From the NCBI GenBank assembly GCA_902560315.1, contig CACELG010000002.1:442-64441 (forward strand): a stretch of DNA of 64,000 bases, given 5' to 3'. Source of the stretch: an uncultured SAR86 cluster bacterium. Lineage in GTDB: Bacteria > Pseudomonadota > Gammaproteobacteria > Magnimaribacterales > D2472. Within the stretch, counting starts at the first letter, position 1, and every line of letters begins with the position of its first letter. A model generated the notes under the pieces. That model saw only the letters and a program-made list of their open reading frames with translations, did not search any database and was not told the DNA's origin. Shown here in pieces: positions 22,901 through 32,684 of the stretch. The position numbers were made by a program, and so were the translations under genes.

Positions 22901-24395
22901 AATATTTGACCTCAAACAAGTTAATGATAAAGCTTTAGTTTCAGTAAAACTTGTTTCAGAGCCTGGAGTTGGAACAATAGCTTCGGGAGTTGCAAAGGCA
23001 TACGCAGACCTAATAACAATTTCAGGTCACGATGGCGGAACAGGCGCAAGCCCTTTAACATCAATAAGATATGCTGGTTCACCATGGGAGCTGGGTTTGG
23101 CCGAAGCACATCAAAGTTTAAGAGATAGCGGACTGCGACACAAGATTAGACTGCAAGCAGATGGAGGTATGAAAACAGGCTTAGATGTTGTTAAGGCCGC
23201 AATGTTAGGAGCTGAATCTTTTGGTTTTGGTACTGGACCGATGATAGCAATGGGATGTAAATATCTACGTATTTGTCATTTAAATAATTGTGCAACAGGT
23301 GTTGCAACGCAAAGGAAAGATCTCATAAATCAACATTTTATTGGTGAGAAAGAAAGGGTAATAAATTATTTTAATTTTATTGCCAATGATGTAAGAAAGT
23401 ATTTAAGCGAACTTGGAATCAAAAAACTTGAAGATATTATTGGTCAAACAAATTATCTCTACCAACTTCAAGACATAGAAGACTATTTAAAAAATATTAA
23501 TCTTTCCCCAATTTTATATACCGACCAGAGCAACAAAGAGTCCCATTACTGCACAGTATCACAAAATAATCCATGGGATAAAGCACCACTATCTAAAAAA
23601 ATATTATTTGATACATCAAGCAATATTGACAATGACAATATGGGTAAATATAGCTATAAAATAAATAATACAGATCGTTCGGTTGGTGCAAGTATATCTG
23701 GAAAAATTGCAGCTAAATATGGCGAAAAAGGGTTAACTCATGGCATAGAAATTGAATTTAATGGTTCTGCTGGACAAAGTTTTGGATGTTGGAATGCAAA
23801 TGGCCTTAATTTAATCTTGAACGGAGATGCTAATGATTATGTAGGAAAGGGTATGAATGGAGGCAGGATAGTTATTAAAAATAATTCTGATTTTGCTATA
23901 ACCGACGAAAGTACAATTCTTGCTGGTAACACCTGTCTATATGGGGCAACCGGAGGAGAAATATATATCTCTGGATCATGTGGTGAGAGATTTGGAGTAA
24001 GAAATTCTGGAGCAAATGCTGTAATTGAAGGGGCTGGAGATCATTGTTGTGAGTACATGACAGGTGGTCACATCACAGTTCTAGGCAAAGTTGGATTAAA
24101 TTTTGCTGCAGGAATGACTGGAGGATTTTCATATGTACTTGATGAAGATAGAACTTTCTTTGATAAATGCAACAGAGGCCTTGTTTCACTTGAAAGAATA
24201 ACGACAGAAGAAATGCAACCACATAGGAAGCACCTAAAAGAGATCATAATGAATCACTACAAGTATACAAATAGCAACAAGGCAAAAAATATTTTAGAAG
24301 ATTTTGATAGATATGAGCCTCATTTTTGGCTAGTTGTGCCTGCAGCAAGCAATATTCAAGACTTGTTAAAAGCTACGACAGCGAACGCAGCTTAA
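19962..24395 (+). CDS. gltB: glutamate synthase large subunit
   Basis: 'MPRLISKNDFRDNCGFGLIA' (the processed Cys1 amidotransferase N-terminus places the start at 19962, not 19929). FMN/3Fe-4S domain 'GMSLGALS' and 'SGEGGE'. C-terminal GXGXG beta-helix repeats. Confidence 0.95.
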   Translation: MPRLISKNDFRDNCGFGLIADINGKKSHKILTKSINALKSMTHRGAIGSDGKTGDGCGLLLDINKEFFIDALQKEQKIKITEEFAIGQIFTSKKIKTDISEINKILKSENLELKAIRKVPINKKILGNIALNCLPNIYQLYIQSTDKVFYEEKFETNLYQARKRIEEIYLDDEKLYFCSLSSKTIVYKGLMLPDAIQDFYLDLKSPQFKSSICVFHQRFSTNTHPRWHLAQPFRLLAHNGEINAIRGNRNWVKARSSKFKSPRIPKIQKFKQLVNETGSDSSALDNMIEILINGGVKLFRAIRMVMPPAWQNAYLLDADIRSFHEYNSMHMEPWDGPAGIVMSDGKWAVCMLDRNGLRPARYQIDKDNIITIASETGVNPIADEKIVQKGRVSPGGILAVNTFTGEILNEIQIDQDLKSKLPYREWLRERTVYIESSLDKYEGPGLKKINHTDLSVASKMFLLHKEERTSVIKPLAVDSNEGTGSMGDDTALAVMSKMHRQIYDYFRQQFAQVTNPPIDSLREVSVMSLETCYGPELNVFDETPDHAKRLVTTSPVLSFKKLQSIIKNKHFESVQLNLEYSHKTDLKNALVKLQKEVVKEVRNGKVIIHLVEKLPTSNKLPINALLAVGCVHQKLVELGLRSDANIVISSSSARDTHQIACLIGFGATAVYPSLAYQTILDLSERNEIKGSPHENCARYRKGVNKGLLKIISKMGISSISSYRGSQLFEIVGLNNEIVDLCFTNSISRIGGKSFKDLDIETKKLDEYARSNLSDISVGGLLKYVHGGEYHTYNPEIVKKLQEAVSTGSQEIYNEYADLVDKRPPAMLRDILAIKKSTKTIKIKNVESKKNILKRFDSAGMSLGALSPKAHETLAQAMNSLGSRSNSGEGGEAKERYNTDKMSKIKQVASGRFGVTPHYLVNAEVLQIKIAQGAKPGEGGQLPGGKVDNLIAKLRYSTPGVTLISPPPHHDIYSIEDLAQLIFDLKQVNDKALVSVKLVSEPGVGTIASGVAKAYADLITISGHDGGTGASPLTSIRYAGSPWELGLAEAHQSLRDSGLRHKIRLQADGGMKTGLDVVKAAMLGAESFGFGTGPMIAMGCKYLRICHLNNCATGVATQRKDLINQHFIGEKERVINYFNFIANDVRKYLSELGIKKLEDIIGQTNYLYQLQDIEDYLKNINLSPILYTDQSNKESHYCTVSQNNPWDKAPLSKKILFDTSSNIDNDNMGKYSYKINNTDRSVGASISGKIAAKYGEKGLTHGIEIEFNGSAGQSFGCWNANGLNLILNGDANDYVGKGMNGGRIVIKNNSDFAITDESTILAGNTCLYGATGGEIYISGSCGERFGVRNSGANAVIEGAGDHCCEYMTGGHITVLGKVGLNFAAGMTGGFSYVLDEDRTFFDKCNRGLVSLERITTEEMQPHRKHLKEIIMNHYKYTNSNKAKNILEDFDRYEPHFWLVVPAASNIQDLLKATTANAA

Positions 24396-25456
24396 TTCAA
24401 GGCTTTAGAAATATTCTTATCATTAAAATTTGAAGTAATAAAAGCATTAAATTTTTTATCAATTAAAATTAAATTTAATTTTCCATTTTTAATTTTTTTA
24501 TCTGATGAAATGTATTTCTTAAGCTTAGAGTAACTGTATCCACTATGATCAGTACTTAATTCCAACGAATCTATCAAGTTGACCACATTATCTAATTGAT
24601 AATTATCTATATGTCCCTCAAAAAAAGATAATTTTGACGCAATAACCATTCCAAGAGTTATTGCTGCTCCATGGGTAATATTCTTATAATTATTATGGGC
24701 TTCAATTGCATGACCAAAAGTATGTCCAAAGTTTAAAATTGCTCTTATACCATTCTCTTTTTCATCTTTAGTTACAATTTTTGACTTTGTTTTAACGGAT
24801 TCTTCAATGATAAGTTTTAAGATTGATTCATTCCTTTTTATTATCTCTTTTGAATTATCTTCAATAATTTTTTTTAGTTTTTTATTGCCTATTAAAGCAT
24901 ACTTAACTACCTCTCCAAGACCAGATTTATATTCATGATCAGAAAGAGTTTTTAAAAAATGAGTAGAAATCAAAACTAAGCTTGGATTATAAAATGCACC
25001 AACAAGGTTTTTGCCTTGAGTTACATTTATTGCAGTTTTTCCTCCAACCGATGAATCAACTTGAGCTAATAAGGTAGTAGGAATTTGAATATATTTAATT
25101 CCTCTTAGGTATGTTGCTGCAGAAAAACCAGATATATCTCCAACCATACCGCCTCCACAAGCAATTAAGATATCTGATCGATCAAATTTAAGCTCAAAAA
25201 GCTTATTTAATATTGCTTGGTATGAATAAAATGATTTTGAATTCTCACCATTACTTAATGTAAGAATATTTACATTTTTATTATTTATATTACTTTTTAA
25301 TTTTTTAATATGTTTTTTTGGAACACCATCATCAGTAACGATTAAGATTTTATTTTTGTTTCCAAGATGCTTATTTAATATTTTCTTTGGAAGATTATTT
25401 ACATTAATATGTATATCATATTTGGATTTTCCTTTACCTGCAGATATAACAGTCAT
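24392..25456 (-). CDS. aroB: 3-dehydroquinate synthase
   Basis: 'GGGMVGDISGFSAATYLRGIKYIQIPTTLLAQVDSSVGGKTAIN' and 'NFGHTFGHAIE'. Confidence 0.92.
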   Translation of the reverse strand: MTVISAGKGKSKYDIHINVNNLPKKILNKHLGNKNKILIVTDDGVPKKHIKKLKSNINNKNVNILTLSNGENSKSFYSYQAILNKLFELKFDRSDILIACGGGMVGDISGFSAATYLRGIKYIQIPTTLLAQVDSSVGGKTAINVTQGKNLVGAFYNPSLVLISTHFLKTLSDHEYKSGLGEVVKYALIGNKKLKKIIEDNSKEIIKRNESILKLIIEESVKTKSKIVTKDEKENGIRAILNFGHTFGHAIEAHNNYKNITHGAAITLGMVIASKLSFFEGHIDNYQLDNVVNLIDSLELSTDHSGYSYSKLKKYISSDKKIKNGKLNLILIDKKFNAFITSNFNDKNISKALN

Positions 25457-25458
25457 AG

Positions 25459-25962
25459 TTAGCCCTTAACAAGATTTATTATTTCAGCTGCAACTTCTTG
25501 GCTTGATTTATTTTCTGTTTCAATAATATGATCCGAGACTTCTTCATATAAAGTTTTTCTATCTTCATGAAGTTTTGAAAGAATTTCTTCAGGGTCTCCA
25601 TTTTTAAGTAAAGGTCTATTTTTATCTTTAGATGTTCTTTCAACCTGAATTGATATTGGAGTTGATAAATAAAAAACGGTTCCCCTTGAAGACAAAAGTT
25701 CTCTATTAGGATTTGATAATATTATTCCTCCTCCTGTAGAAAGAACTATTGAATTTTTTTCGACCATTTCTTGAAGAATTAAACTCTCTCTTTTTCTAAA
25801 GCCTTTTTCACCTTCAAGATCAAAAATCCAATCAATTGATGCACCTGTTCTTAATTCAATTTCTTCATCAGTATCAAAAAAATTTAAAAACAATTCATCA
25901 GATATAATTTTACCTACGGTTGATTTACCGGAACCCATTGGACCTACAATAAAAATATTCAT
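25459..25962 (-). CDS. aroK: shikimate kinase
   Basis: 'IFIVGPMGSGKSTVGK' (P-loop) and 'LSTGGGIIL'. It lies 2 nt upstream of aroB. Confidence 0.9.
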   Translation of the reverse strand: MNIFIVGPMGSGKSTVGKIISDELFLNFFDTDEEIELRTGASIDWIFDLEGEKGFRKRESLILQEMVEKNSIVLSTGGGIILSNPNRELLSSRGTVFYLSTPISIQVERTSKDKNRPLLKNGDPEEILSKLHEDRKTLYEEVSDHIIETENKSSQEVAAEIINLVKG

Positions 25963-26062
25963 AGTTAGTTAAATAAGCCGAGATTTTAACATCTTAATTA
26001 ATAAATACACTTTTTAAATTGTAAATGATGTATTCTCTAAAACTAAAGATTTAAAATAAGTC

Positions 26063-28501
26063 ATGCAAAGATTAATAAAAATTTCTTTTTTCTCTGGAAT
26101 TTCTTTATGTTTTATAGGCATTATTTTTATTTTAGGTACTTTTTTTGTAATAAAACCATCTTTACCTGAAATTAAATATGTAGATGAATCAGAGCTTCAA
26201 ATGCCACTAAAGGTTTTTACAAAAGATGGTGTATTAATAGGTGAATTTGGTGAGATCAAGAGACGATCAATTAATTTTGATGAAATTCCATTGGATATTA
26301 AAAATGCTTTCTTGGCTGCAGAAGATGATAATTTCTTTAATCATCAGGGTATAAGTTATACAGGTTTAATAAGATCATTTATCAGATGCTTAAGACCTTC
26401 AGGCTGTCAAGGTGGTGGGGGAACTATAACTATGCAAGTTGTTAGAGGATATCTTTTAACAAGAGAGCAAACCATATCTAGAAAGATAAAAGAAATATTT
26501 TTAGCGATAGAACTTGAGGGAAAAATCAGTAAAGAAGAAATTTTTGAACTTTATGTAAACAGAATCTTTTTAGGAAATAGATCATACGGCATTGAAGCTG
26601 CTTCAAATACTTATTTTAATAAGGGACTAAGTGAATTAGATGTAAGTGAATCAGCAACAATTGCAGCTTTGGCTCAACTTCCTTCAAGAGTAAATCCTGT
26701 TAAAAATCCTAGAAGAACATTACAAAGAAGGAATTGGATTTTATCGAGAATGCTTTTATTAGGATATATAGATAATGATCAATATATAAAAGCAATTTCA
26801 CAAGACATAAAGATAGCAAAAAATATCAATTTATATGATGTTGATGCTAGTCATTTGGCTGAGTTAGCCAGACAAGAAGTAATTAAAAGATATGGATTGA
26901 GAGCATATAAAGAGGGATGGTCGATATATACTACTATTGATTCTCAATCTCAAAACAAAGCAATTGAAAGCGTTAATAATGAATTATTTTCCTATGATAA
27001 AAGGCATGGTTGGAGAGAAAAAGACAATTATCAAGATATTTTTACAGATGAACAGATAAACTCTTTAAATGATTTGGATATAAGTTTTCTTTTAAATGAG
27101 GTTTATTTCTCAGAGATAAATTTTGATGAAAATATCATCCCAAATAAATTAAATAATATATTCGATTCATACCCGTACTATAAAACCTACATTAAAGCTA
27201 TTGTTATTAAGGTTTCTGATAATGAGATATTTGCCCTAGATGAAGATTTTAATATAAAAAAGATTTTGTGGACAAATCAATACCTTTGGGCAAGAAATAA
27301 GATATCTATAAATAAACTTGGATACAAACCAGATGGTTTTTTAGATTTCGTTAATTTTGGAGATTTCGTTTACTTAAAAATAAACAATGACTTTTATAGC
27401 CTTGACCAAATACCTTTAGCGGAAGCATCGTTGATTTCTATTGAACCAAACCATGGCAAGGTATTAGCTTATATAGGTGGAAAGAACTTTAATTCGAGTA
27501 ATTTTGATCGAGTTAGGCTTTCATTTCCTCAATCTGGTTCAAGTTTTAAGCCTTTTGTTTATTCTTCTAGTTTGGCCAATGGATATAATATTTCAAGCTT
27601 AATAAACGATGCTCCAATTGTTTTTGAGGATGAGAATTTAGAGAGCGAATGGAGGCCTCAAAACTATACTGGAGAATTTTATGGATTATTATCCTTAAGA
27701 GAAGCCCTTATAAAATCTGTAAATATTGTTTCCATAAAACTTCTTAGAGAGTTAGGAATAGAAAAATCTCATGAATATATTGAGAATTTTGGATTTAATA
27801 AATCTAGGCTACCAAATGATCTATCACTAGCCCTAGGTTCTGGAAACTTTTCACCTGCAGAAATGGTTAGAGGATATAGCGTAATTGCAACCAGAGGCTT
27901 TATTCCAGACATATATTTTATAGATAGCATACAGGACAGATTTGGGAATTTTATTTTTTCTCATGATGAACTAAACACTCAAAAAAACAATCAAAACATT
28001 AATGCTTTTCCATGGTTAAATACACTAGAGATGAATTTAAATAGACCATATAATGTCTTAAAACCTCTAAATAAAGAAGAAAGAGTTATTGATGAAAGAA
28101 TATCATTTTTGATGGAAGATATTCTTAGGGGATTTATGAAGAATGGCGTTGCGGGAAGAAAATCAGAATTTTTAAAAAGAGATGATATTGCTGGGAAAAC
28201 TGGCACAACAAATGATTCTGTAAGCACTTGGTTTTCAGGTTTTCACAGAGATTTAGTTACAACTATTTGGGTTGGCACAGATGATTTTACATCACTTGGT
28301 GAAAATGAATATGGTTCAACAATAGCCTTACCAATATGGCTAAATTATATGGATTATAAATTAAAAACTTTAGAGGTATCAAAAGACCCAATACCAGAAA
28401 ATATTTCTTTTGTAAGGGTAAATAAATCTACAGGAGAGATAGATAAAGAGTCTAAGGATAATTTTTATTTTGAATTATTTTTAGATGAAAATATCAATTA
28501 G
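26063..28501 (+). CDS. mrcA: penicillin-binding protein 1A (bifunctional glycosyltransferase/transpeptidase)
   Basis: GT51 motifs 'AFLAAEDDNFFNHQGI' and 'GGGTITMQVVR'. Transpeptidase motifs 'SGSSFKPFVY' (SxxK), 'SVN' and 'KTGTTND'. Confidence 0.9.
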   Translation: MQRLIKISFFSGISLCFIGIIFILGTFFVIKPSLPEIKYVDESELQMPLKVFTKDGVLIGEFGEIKRRSINFDEIPLDIKNAFLAAEDDNFFNHQGISYTGLIRSFIRCLRPSGCQGGGGTITMQVVRGYLLTREQTISRKIKEIFLAIELEGKISKEEIFELYVNRIFLGNRSYGIEAASNTYFNKGLSELDVSESATIAALAQLPSRVNPVKNPRRTLQRRNWILSRMLLLGYIDNDQYIKAISQDIKIAKNINLYDVDASHLAELARQEVIKRYGLRAYKEGWSIYTTIDSQSQNKAIESVNNELFSYDKRHGWREKDNYQDIFTDEQINSLNDLDISFLLNEVYFSEINFDENIIPNKLNNIFDSYPYYKTYIKAIVIKVSDNEIFALDEDFNIKKILWTNQYLWARNKISINKLGYKPDGFLDFVNFGDFVYLKINNDFYSLDQIPLAEASLISIEPNHGKVLAYIGGKNFNSSNFDRVRLSFPQSGSSFKPFVYSSSLANGYNISSLINDAPIVFEDENLESEWRPQNYTGEFYGLLSLREALIKSVNIVSIKLLRELGIEKSHEYIENFGFNKSRLPNDLSLALGSGNFSPAEMVRGYSVIATRGFIPDIYFIDSIQDRFGNFIFSHDELNTQKNNQNINAFPWLNTLEMNLNRPYNVLKPLNKEERVIDERISFLMEDILRGFMKNGVAGRKSEFLKRDDIAGKTGTTNDSVSTWFSGFHRDLVTTIWVGTDDFTSLGENEYGSTIALPIWLNYMDYKLKTLEVSKDPIPENISFVRVNKSTGEIDKESKDNFYFELFLDENIN

Positions 28502-29067
28502 TTTTTAAAAATACTTACTGATATAAGACTCCATACATTTTCAATATATGTTGATGGAGAGTCCTTAAATTTTGATCTAATATATCTACCTATATTTCCT
28601 TCTAATGTAGTAATTATAAGTTGAGCAGATATTCCTGCTTGAGTTCTTAAATTTTTATCGTCCTCTTTTAACATTTGTCTTAGCACAAGCTCCAACCTTT
28701 CATAGAATTGATTAACATTATCACTAACATTTTGCTCATCTGAAGAAAGAGCCTCTCTTGATAGCAATCTTGCAAACCCTTTATTTTTTTCAACGAACAT
28801 CATAAAAAACATGAAGACATTTTTAACTTTTTCTTTAGACGATATTTTATTTTTTTTTAATTCATTGCACTTTGTAAAAATAGCATTATCACAAAATGAA
28901 AATAACTCTGCGTATATCGATCTTTTACTTGGGAAATGTCTATATAGCGCTGCCTCAGTTATTTTTGATTTTTCTGCAAGAGAGGCTGTTGTTATTTTAG
29001 ATAAATTTCTTTCTTCAAGCATGCTCGCAAGAGCTTGTAATATGATATTTTTTCTATCTTTTTTCAT
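28498..29067 (-). CDS. slmA: TetR-family nucleoid occlusion factor SlmA-like
   Basis: '[11 protein letters not shown]...[28 protein letters not shown]' closely parallels E. coli SlmA '[39 protein letters not shown]'. Confidence 0.7.
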   Translation of the reverse strand: [189 protein letters not shown]

Positions 29068-29070
29068 TTG

Positions 29071-30441
29071 TTAGTCTAAATTTATATCAATATCAGGACA
29101 AATGCGAGAAAGTTCATTTATAAAATCATTCTTAATATTATTTAAGGCCTCAATTGAATCACCTTCAAATCTCATAACTACTTTTGGAGTTGTATTTGAT
29201 GCCCTTATCAAACCCCAGCCATTCTGAAAATTAATTCTTAGACCATCTATGGTTATTTTTTCTCCTTCTAAGGAGCAATTTGATGAAAAGTCATCAATAA
29301 TTTTGAATTTATTTTCATCATTAACATTAATACTTAATTCTGGAGTTGAATATAATTTTGGTAATTCATCATCAATGGATGAGATGCTTTTCTTACTTAT
29401 AGATATATGCTCGATAATTCTTGCACCAGCATAATGACCATCATCAAAACCATACCATTTATCATTAAAGAAAATATGACCACTCATTTCGCCGGCTAAT
29501 AGAGGGTTATGTTTTTTTATACCATTTTTTATATGAAAATGACCAGTGGGGGACATGATTGGTATTCCTCCATATTTTTTAATAGTTTCAGGTAAAGAAT
29601 TTGTGCACTTTACGTCAAAAATAATCGAGCCTTTACGTTTTTTTAAGATCTCTTTACTCATCATCATTAATATCTTATCCGGAAAAATAACTTCTCCTTT
29701 TTCAGTAACAAGTCCAACTCGATCACCATCTCCATCAAAAGCAAGACCAAGATCTGCTTTAGTGGATTTTACCGTGGAAATTAATTCTTTAAGATTTTCA
29801 ATTTTTCCAGGATCGGGATGATGATTTGGAAAGCTTCCATCGACTTCACTAAAAAGTTCTACCACTTCACAACCCAAATCATTATATAATCTTGGTGCTA
29901 TACAACCGGCAGCGCCGTTACCACAATCAATAACAACTTTTATTTTTTTCTTGTCCTCTAGATTAATATTTTTTAAAACTTCTGAAATATATTTATCTTT
30001 CACGTCAATAAAATTAACTTTTCCAGGAATATCTGAAAAATTTTTTTTCTTATGTATCAGCTCATAAATTTCAGTACCAGAAACTGGCTTATCATTGATG
30101 ACAAGCTTTACTCCATTATAATTTTTAGGATTATGACTCCCAGTTATCATTATTCCACTTTTATTTATATTTTTTTTTGCTGCAAAATAAAGCAATGGTG
30201 TTGTCGAAAGGCCTATATTTTCAACATTAATGCCATAATTTGATAACGACGAGGACAAAGAAGAAAGCAAGCTTTCTCCAGAAACTCTACCATCTCTGCC
30301 TAGACATACTTCTGAGATATTTTCCTGCTCACATTTAATAGAAATAGCTTTACCAATTTGATCAACTACTTTTTCATTTATTTCTTCTGGATATATGCCT
30401 CTAATATCATATTCTCTAAATATTGATTTTCTTATTTGCAT
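29071..30441 (-). CDS. algC: phosphomannomutase/phosphoglucomutase
   Basis: 'GIMITGSHNPKNYNG' (active-site Ser loop), 'FDGDGDRV' (Mg site) and 'GEMSGHIFF'. Confidence 0.85.
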   Translation of the reverse strand: MQIRKSIFREYDIRGIYPEEINEKVVDQIGKAISIKCEQENISEVCLGRDGRVSGESLLSSLSSSLSNYGINVENIGLSTTPLLYFAAKKNINKSGIMITGSHNPKNYNGVKLVINDKPVSGTEIYELIHKKKNFSDIPGKVNFIDVKDKYISEVLKNINLEDKKKIKVVIDCGNGAAGCIAPRLYNDLGCEVVELFSEVDGSFPNHHPDPGKIENLKELISTVKSTKADLGLAFDGDGDRVGLVTEKGEVIFPDKILMMMSKEILKKRKGSIIFDVKCTNSLPETIKKYGGIPIMSPTGHFHIKNGIKKHNPLLAGEMSGHIFFNDKWYGFDDGHYAGARIIEHISISKKSISSIDDELPKLYSTPELSINVNDENKFKIIDDFSSNCSLEGEKITIDGLRINFQNGWGLIRASNTTPKVVMRFEGDSIEALNNIKNDFINELSRICPDIDINLD

Positions 30442-30503
30442 ATTTTTCTTTTGTTATAGTTATGATTTTGCAATAATAACTTCACATAATTATAGCTTGA
30501 AAA

Positions 30504-31424
30504 GTGTTTGTAGATACTGATAACAAATTAATTTGGAAGAATGGATCATTTGAGAAGTGGAATGATTCCAATGTGCATATTCTTTCGCATACACTTCACT
30601 ATGGAACTGGAGTATTTGAAGGTGTTAGAGCTTATCAATCAAAGGATAAATCGGCAATTTTTAGATTAGATGATCATACAAAAAGACTTTTTAATGCTGC
30701 ATCAAAAATAAGTATAAAAATTCCTTTTTCTCAAGAAGAATTAAATAGAGCACAATGTGAAACATTAATTAAAAACAATCTTGATGAAGGATACTTAAGA
30801 CCAATTGTATATTTAGGAAATGAAGGTTTGGGACTTAGAGCAAAGGATTTAAGTGTCAATGTTGCCATAGCAGCATGGGAATGGCCATCTTATATGGATC
30901 CAGATGCTAAGAAAAAAGGAATATCTGTTATAAAGTCCTCACATAAACAGTATGAAAGCTCACTTCATTCAGGCAATAAAATAATTGGCACATATTTTAG
31001 CAATACAATGGCTCTTCATGAGGCATTAGACAAAGGAGCTGATGAAGCAATAATGATGGACAAAAATGGTTATATATCTGAAGGAAGTGGTGAGAATATT
31101 TTTATTGTTAAAGATAGCACAATCTTTACACCAACAACTGAACACTGCTTAAATGGAATAACTCGACAGTCTGTAATACAAATAGCAATAGATCTAGGAT
31201 TTGAAGTAGTTGAAAAAAATTTAGATTATGCTGATCTTTCTGAAGCAGATGAAGCTTTTTTTACAGGGACAGCAGTAGAAATAACTCCAATTACAAAACT
31301 TGATAATAAAGTTATAAATACAGGACTAAGAGGAGATATAACTTTTCAACTTCAAGAAAAATTTCAGGCAATACTTTCTGGTCATGATACAGCCTATGAA
31401 AGCTGGCTAACTTATACAACTTAA
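30504..31424 (+). CDS. ilvE: branched-chain amino acid aminotransferase
   Basis: 'IWKNGSFEKWNDSNVHILSHTLHYGTGVFEGVRAY' and 'EGSGENIF'. GTG start. Confidence 0.9.
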   Translation: MFVDTDNKLIWKNGSFEKWNDSNVHILSHTLHYGTGVFEGVRAYQSKDKSAIFRLDDHTKRLFNAASKISIKIPFSQEELNRAQCETLIKNNLDEGYLRPIVYLGNEGLGLRAKDLSVNVAIAAWEWPSYMDPDAKKKGISVIKSSHKQYESSLHSGNKIIGTYFSNTMALHEALDKGADEAIMMDKNGYISEGSGENIFIVKDSTIFTPTTEHCLNGITRQSVIQIAIDLGFEVVEKNLDYADLSEADEAFFTGTAVEITPITKLDNKVINTGLRGDITFQLQEKFQAILSGHDTAYESWLTYTT

Positions 31425-31430
31425 TAGCTT

Positions 31431-32684
31431 TTGCGCAAATTAAATATAGCAATACTGAGTTATCGAAGTGCTCAATTTGGAGGAGGTCAAGGCGTTTACA
31501 TTAGAGATATATCTAATGCTTTAAACCTTAAAGGCCATAATGTTGATGTCATTTCTGGTCCTCCATATCCTAACTTAAACTCAGGAATTAATTTAATAAA
31601 ACTTCCAGGCTTAGACTTATTTGAAACTTTTTCATTTCGCGATAGGGTTAGAAAATTTTTTAGAAAAAAAAATAAAAAAATAGATGATTATTATGAATTT
31701 TTTTCTGTACTATTTGGAGGATTTCCCGAGCCCAGAACTTTCGGTAAAAGAGCAGCCAGATATTTAGAGTTACATAATAATTATGATTTAGTAATTGATA
31801 ATCAATCTTTAAGTTATGGGATGATTGATATTCAAAAAAGATTCCCTTTTATAGAGATCATTCATCATCCAATTACTTTTGATTATAAATATGAGCTAGC
31901 ATCTTCAAAAAAAATAAAATATAGAATTTCTAGATATAGATGGTACTCATTTTTAAAAATGCAAAAAAAAGTTGCTCCTAAAATTAAAAGAATAATAACC
32001 CCATCAAAAAGCTCAAGAGAAGGAATAGTAAGTGAGTTTAAATGCAATAAAGAAAATATTACTGTAATAAACAACGGCCTAGATACAGATGAGTTTTGCC
32101 CGGAAGATAATTCTAAAAGAAGAGAATATAGATTAATAACAACCGCAAGCGCAGATGTCCCATTAAAAGGATTGGATTTTTCTTTAAAAGCATTGAAGAA
32201 ACTTAAGAAAGATTTTCCCAAAATACATTTAGTTGTCATTGGCACCATAAAAAAAGGAGGCCATACAGAAAAATTAATTAAGAAGTTAGGTATAGATAAT
32301 GATGTGATATTTAAATCAAATCTTACTAAAAATGAAATAAAGAAATGTTATTCAAAAAGCTCTATTGCAATTGTAAGTTCTTTATATGAGGGTTTTGGAT
32401 ACCCAGTAATTGAGGCAATGAGTTGTGAAGTTCCATTAATTGCAACCAATGTATCTTCCATTCCTGAACTAACTTTAAAGTTTGCCAAGCTTATTGAACC
32501 AAAAAATGAGGAAATGATATATAAGAGCGTAAAAGATATACTTGCTAATTACGATAAATATAAAAAGATTGCTTTTCAAGGAAGAGAACACGTAATTAAT
32601 GAGTTTAATTGGATTAAAATCACACAAGAGTATGAGAATATTATCTTTGAAACAATAAAGGATTTTAAAAATGCTAACGTTTAA
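31431..32684 (+). CDS. GT4-family glycosyltransferase
   Basis: 'GGGQGVYIRDISNAL' N-terminal domain and C-terminal 'EGFGYPVIEAMSCEVPLIATN' (E-x7-E). TTG start. Confidence 0.8.
   Translation: MRKLNIAILSYRSAQFGGGQGVYIRDISNALNLKGHNVDVISGPPYPNLNSGINLIKLPGLDLFETFSFRDRVRKFFRKKNKKIDDYYEFFSVLFGGFPEPRTFGKRAARYLELHNNYDLVIDNQSLSYGMIDIQKRFPFIEIIHHPITFDYKYELASSKKIKYRISRYRWYSFLKMQKKVAPKIKRIITPSKSSREGIVSEFKCNKENITVINNGLDTDEFCPEDNSKRREYRLITTASADVPLKGLDFSLKALKKLKKDFPKIHLVVIGTIKKGGHTEKLIKKLGIDNDVIFKSNLTKNEIKKCYSKSSIAIVSSLYEGFGYPVIEAMSCEVPLIATNVSSIPELTLKFAKLIEPKNEEMIYKSVKDILANYDKYKKIAFQGREHVINEFNWIKITQEYENIIFETIKDFKNANV

Noticed and set aside
31664-31680. A9 and A7 homopolymer tracts inside the GT4 glycosyltransferase gene as a possible slipped-strand phase-variation switch.
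   Set aside because: The tract encodes a Lys/Asn-rich linker (RKKNKKI). Such A-runs are common throughout this AT-rich sequence, and nothing in one sequence shows length polymorphism.
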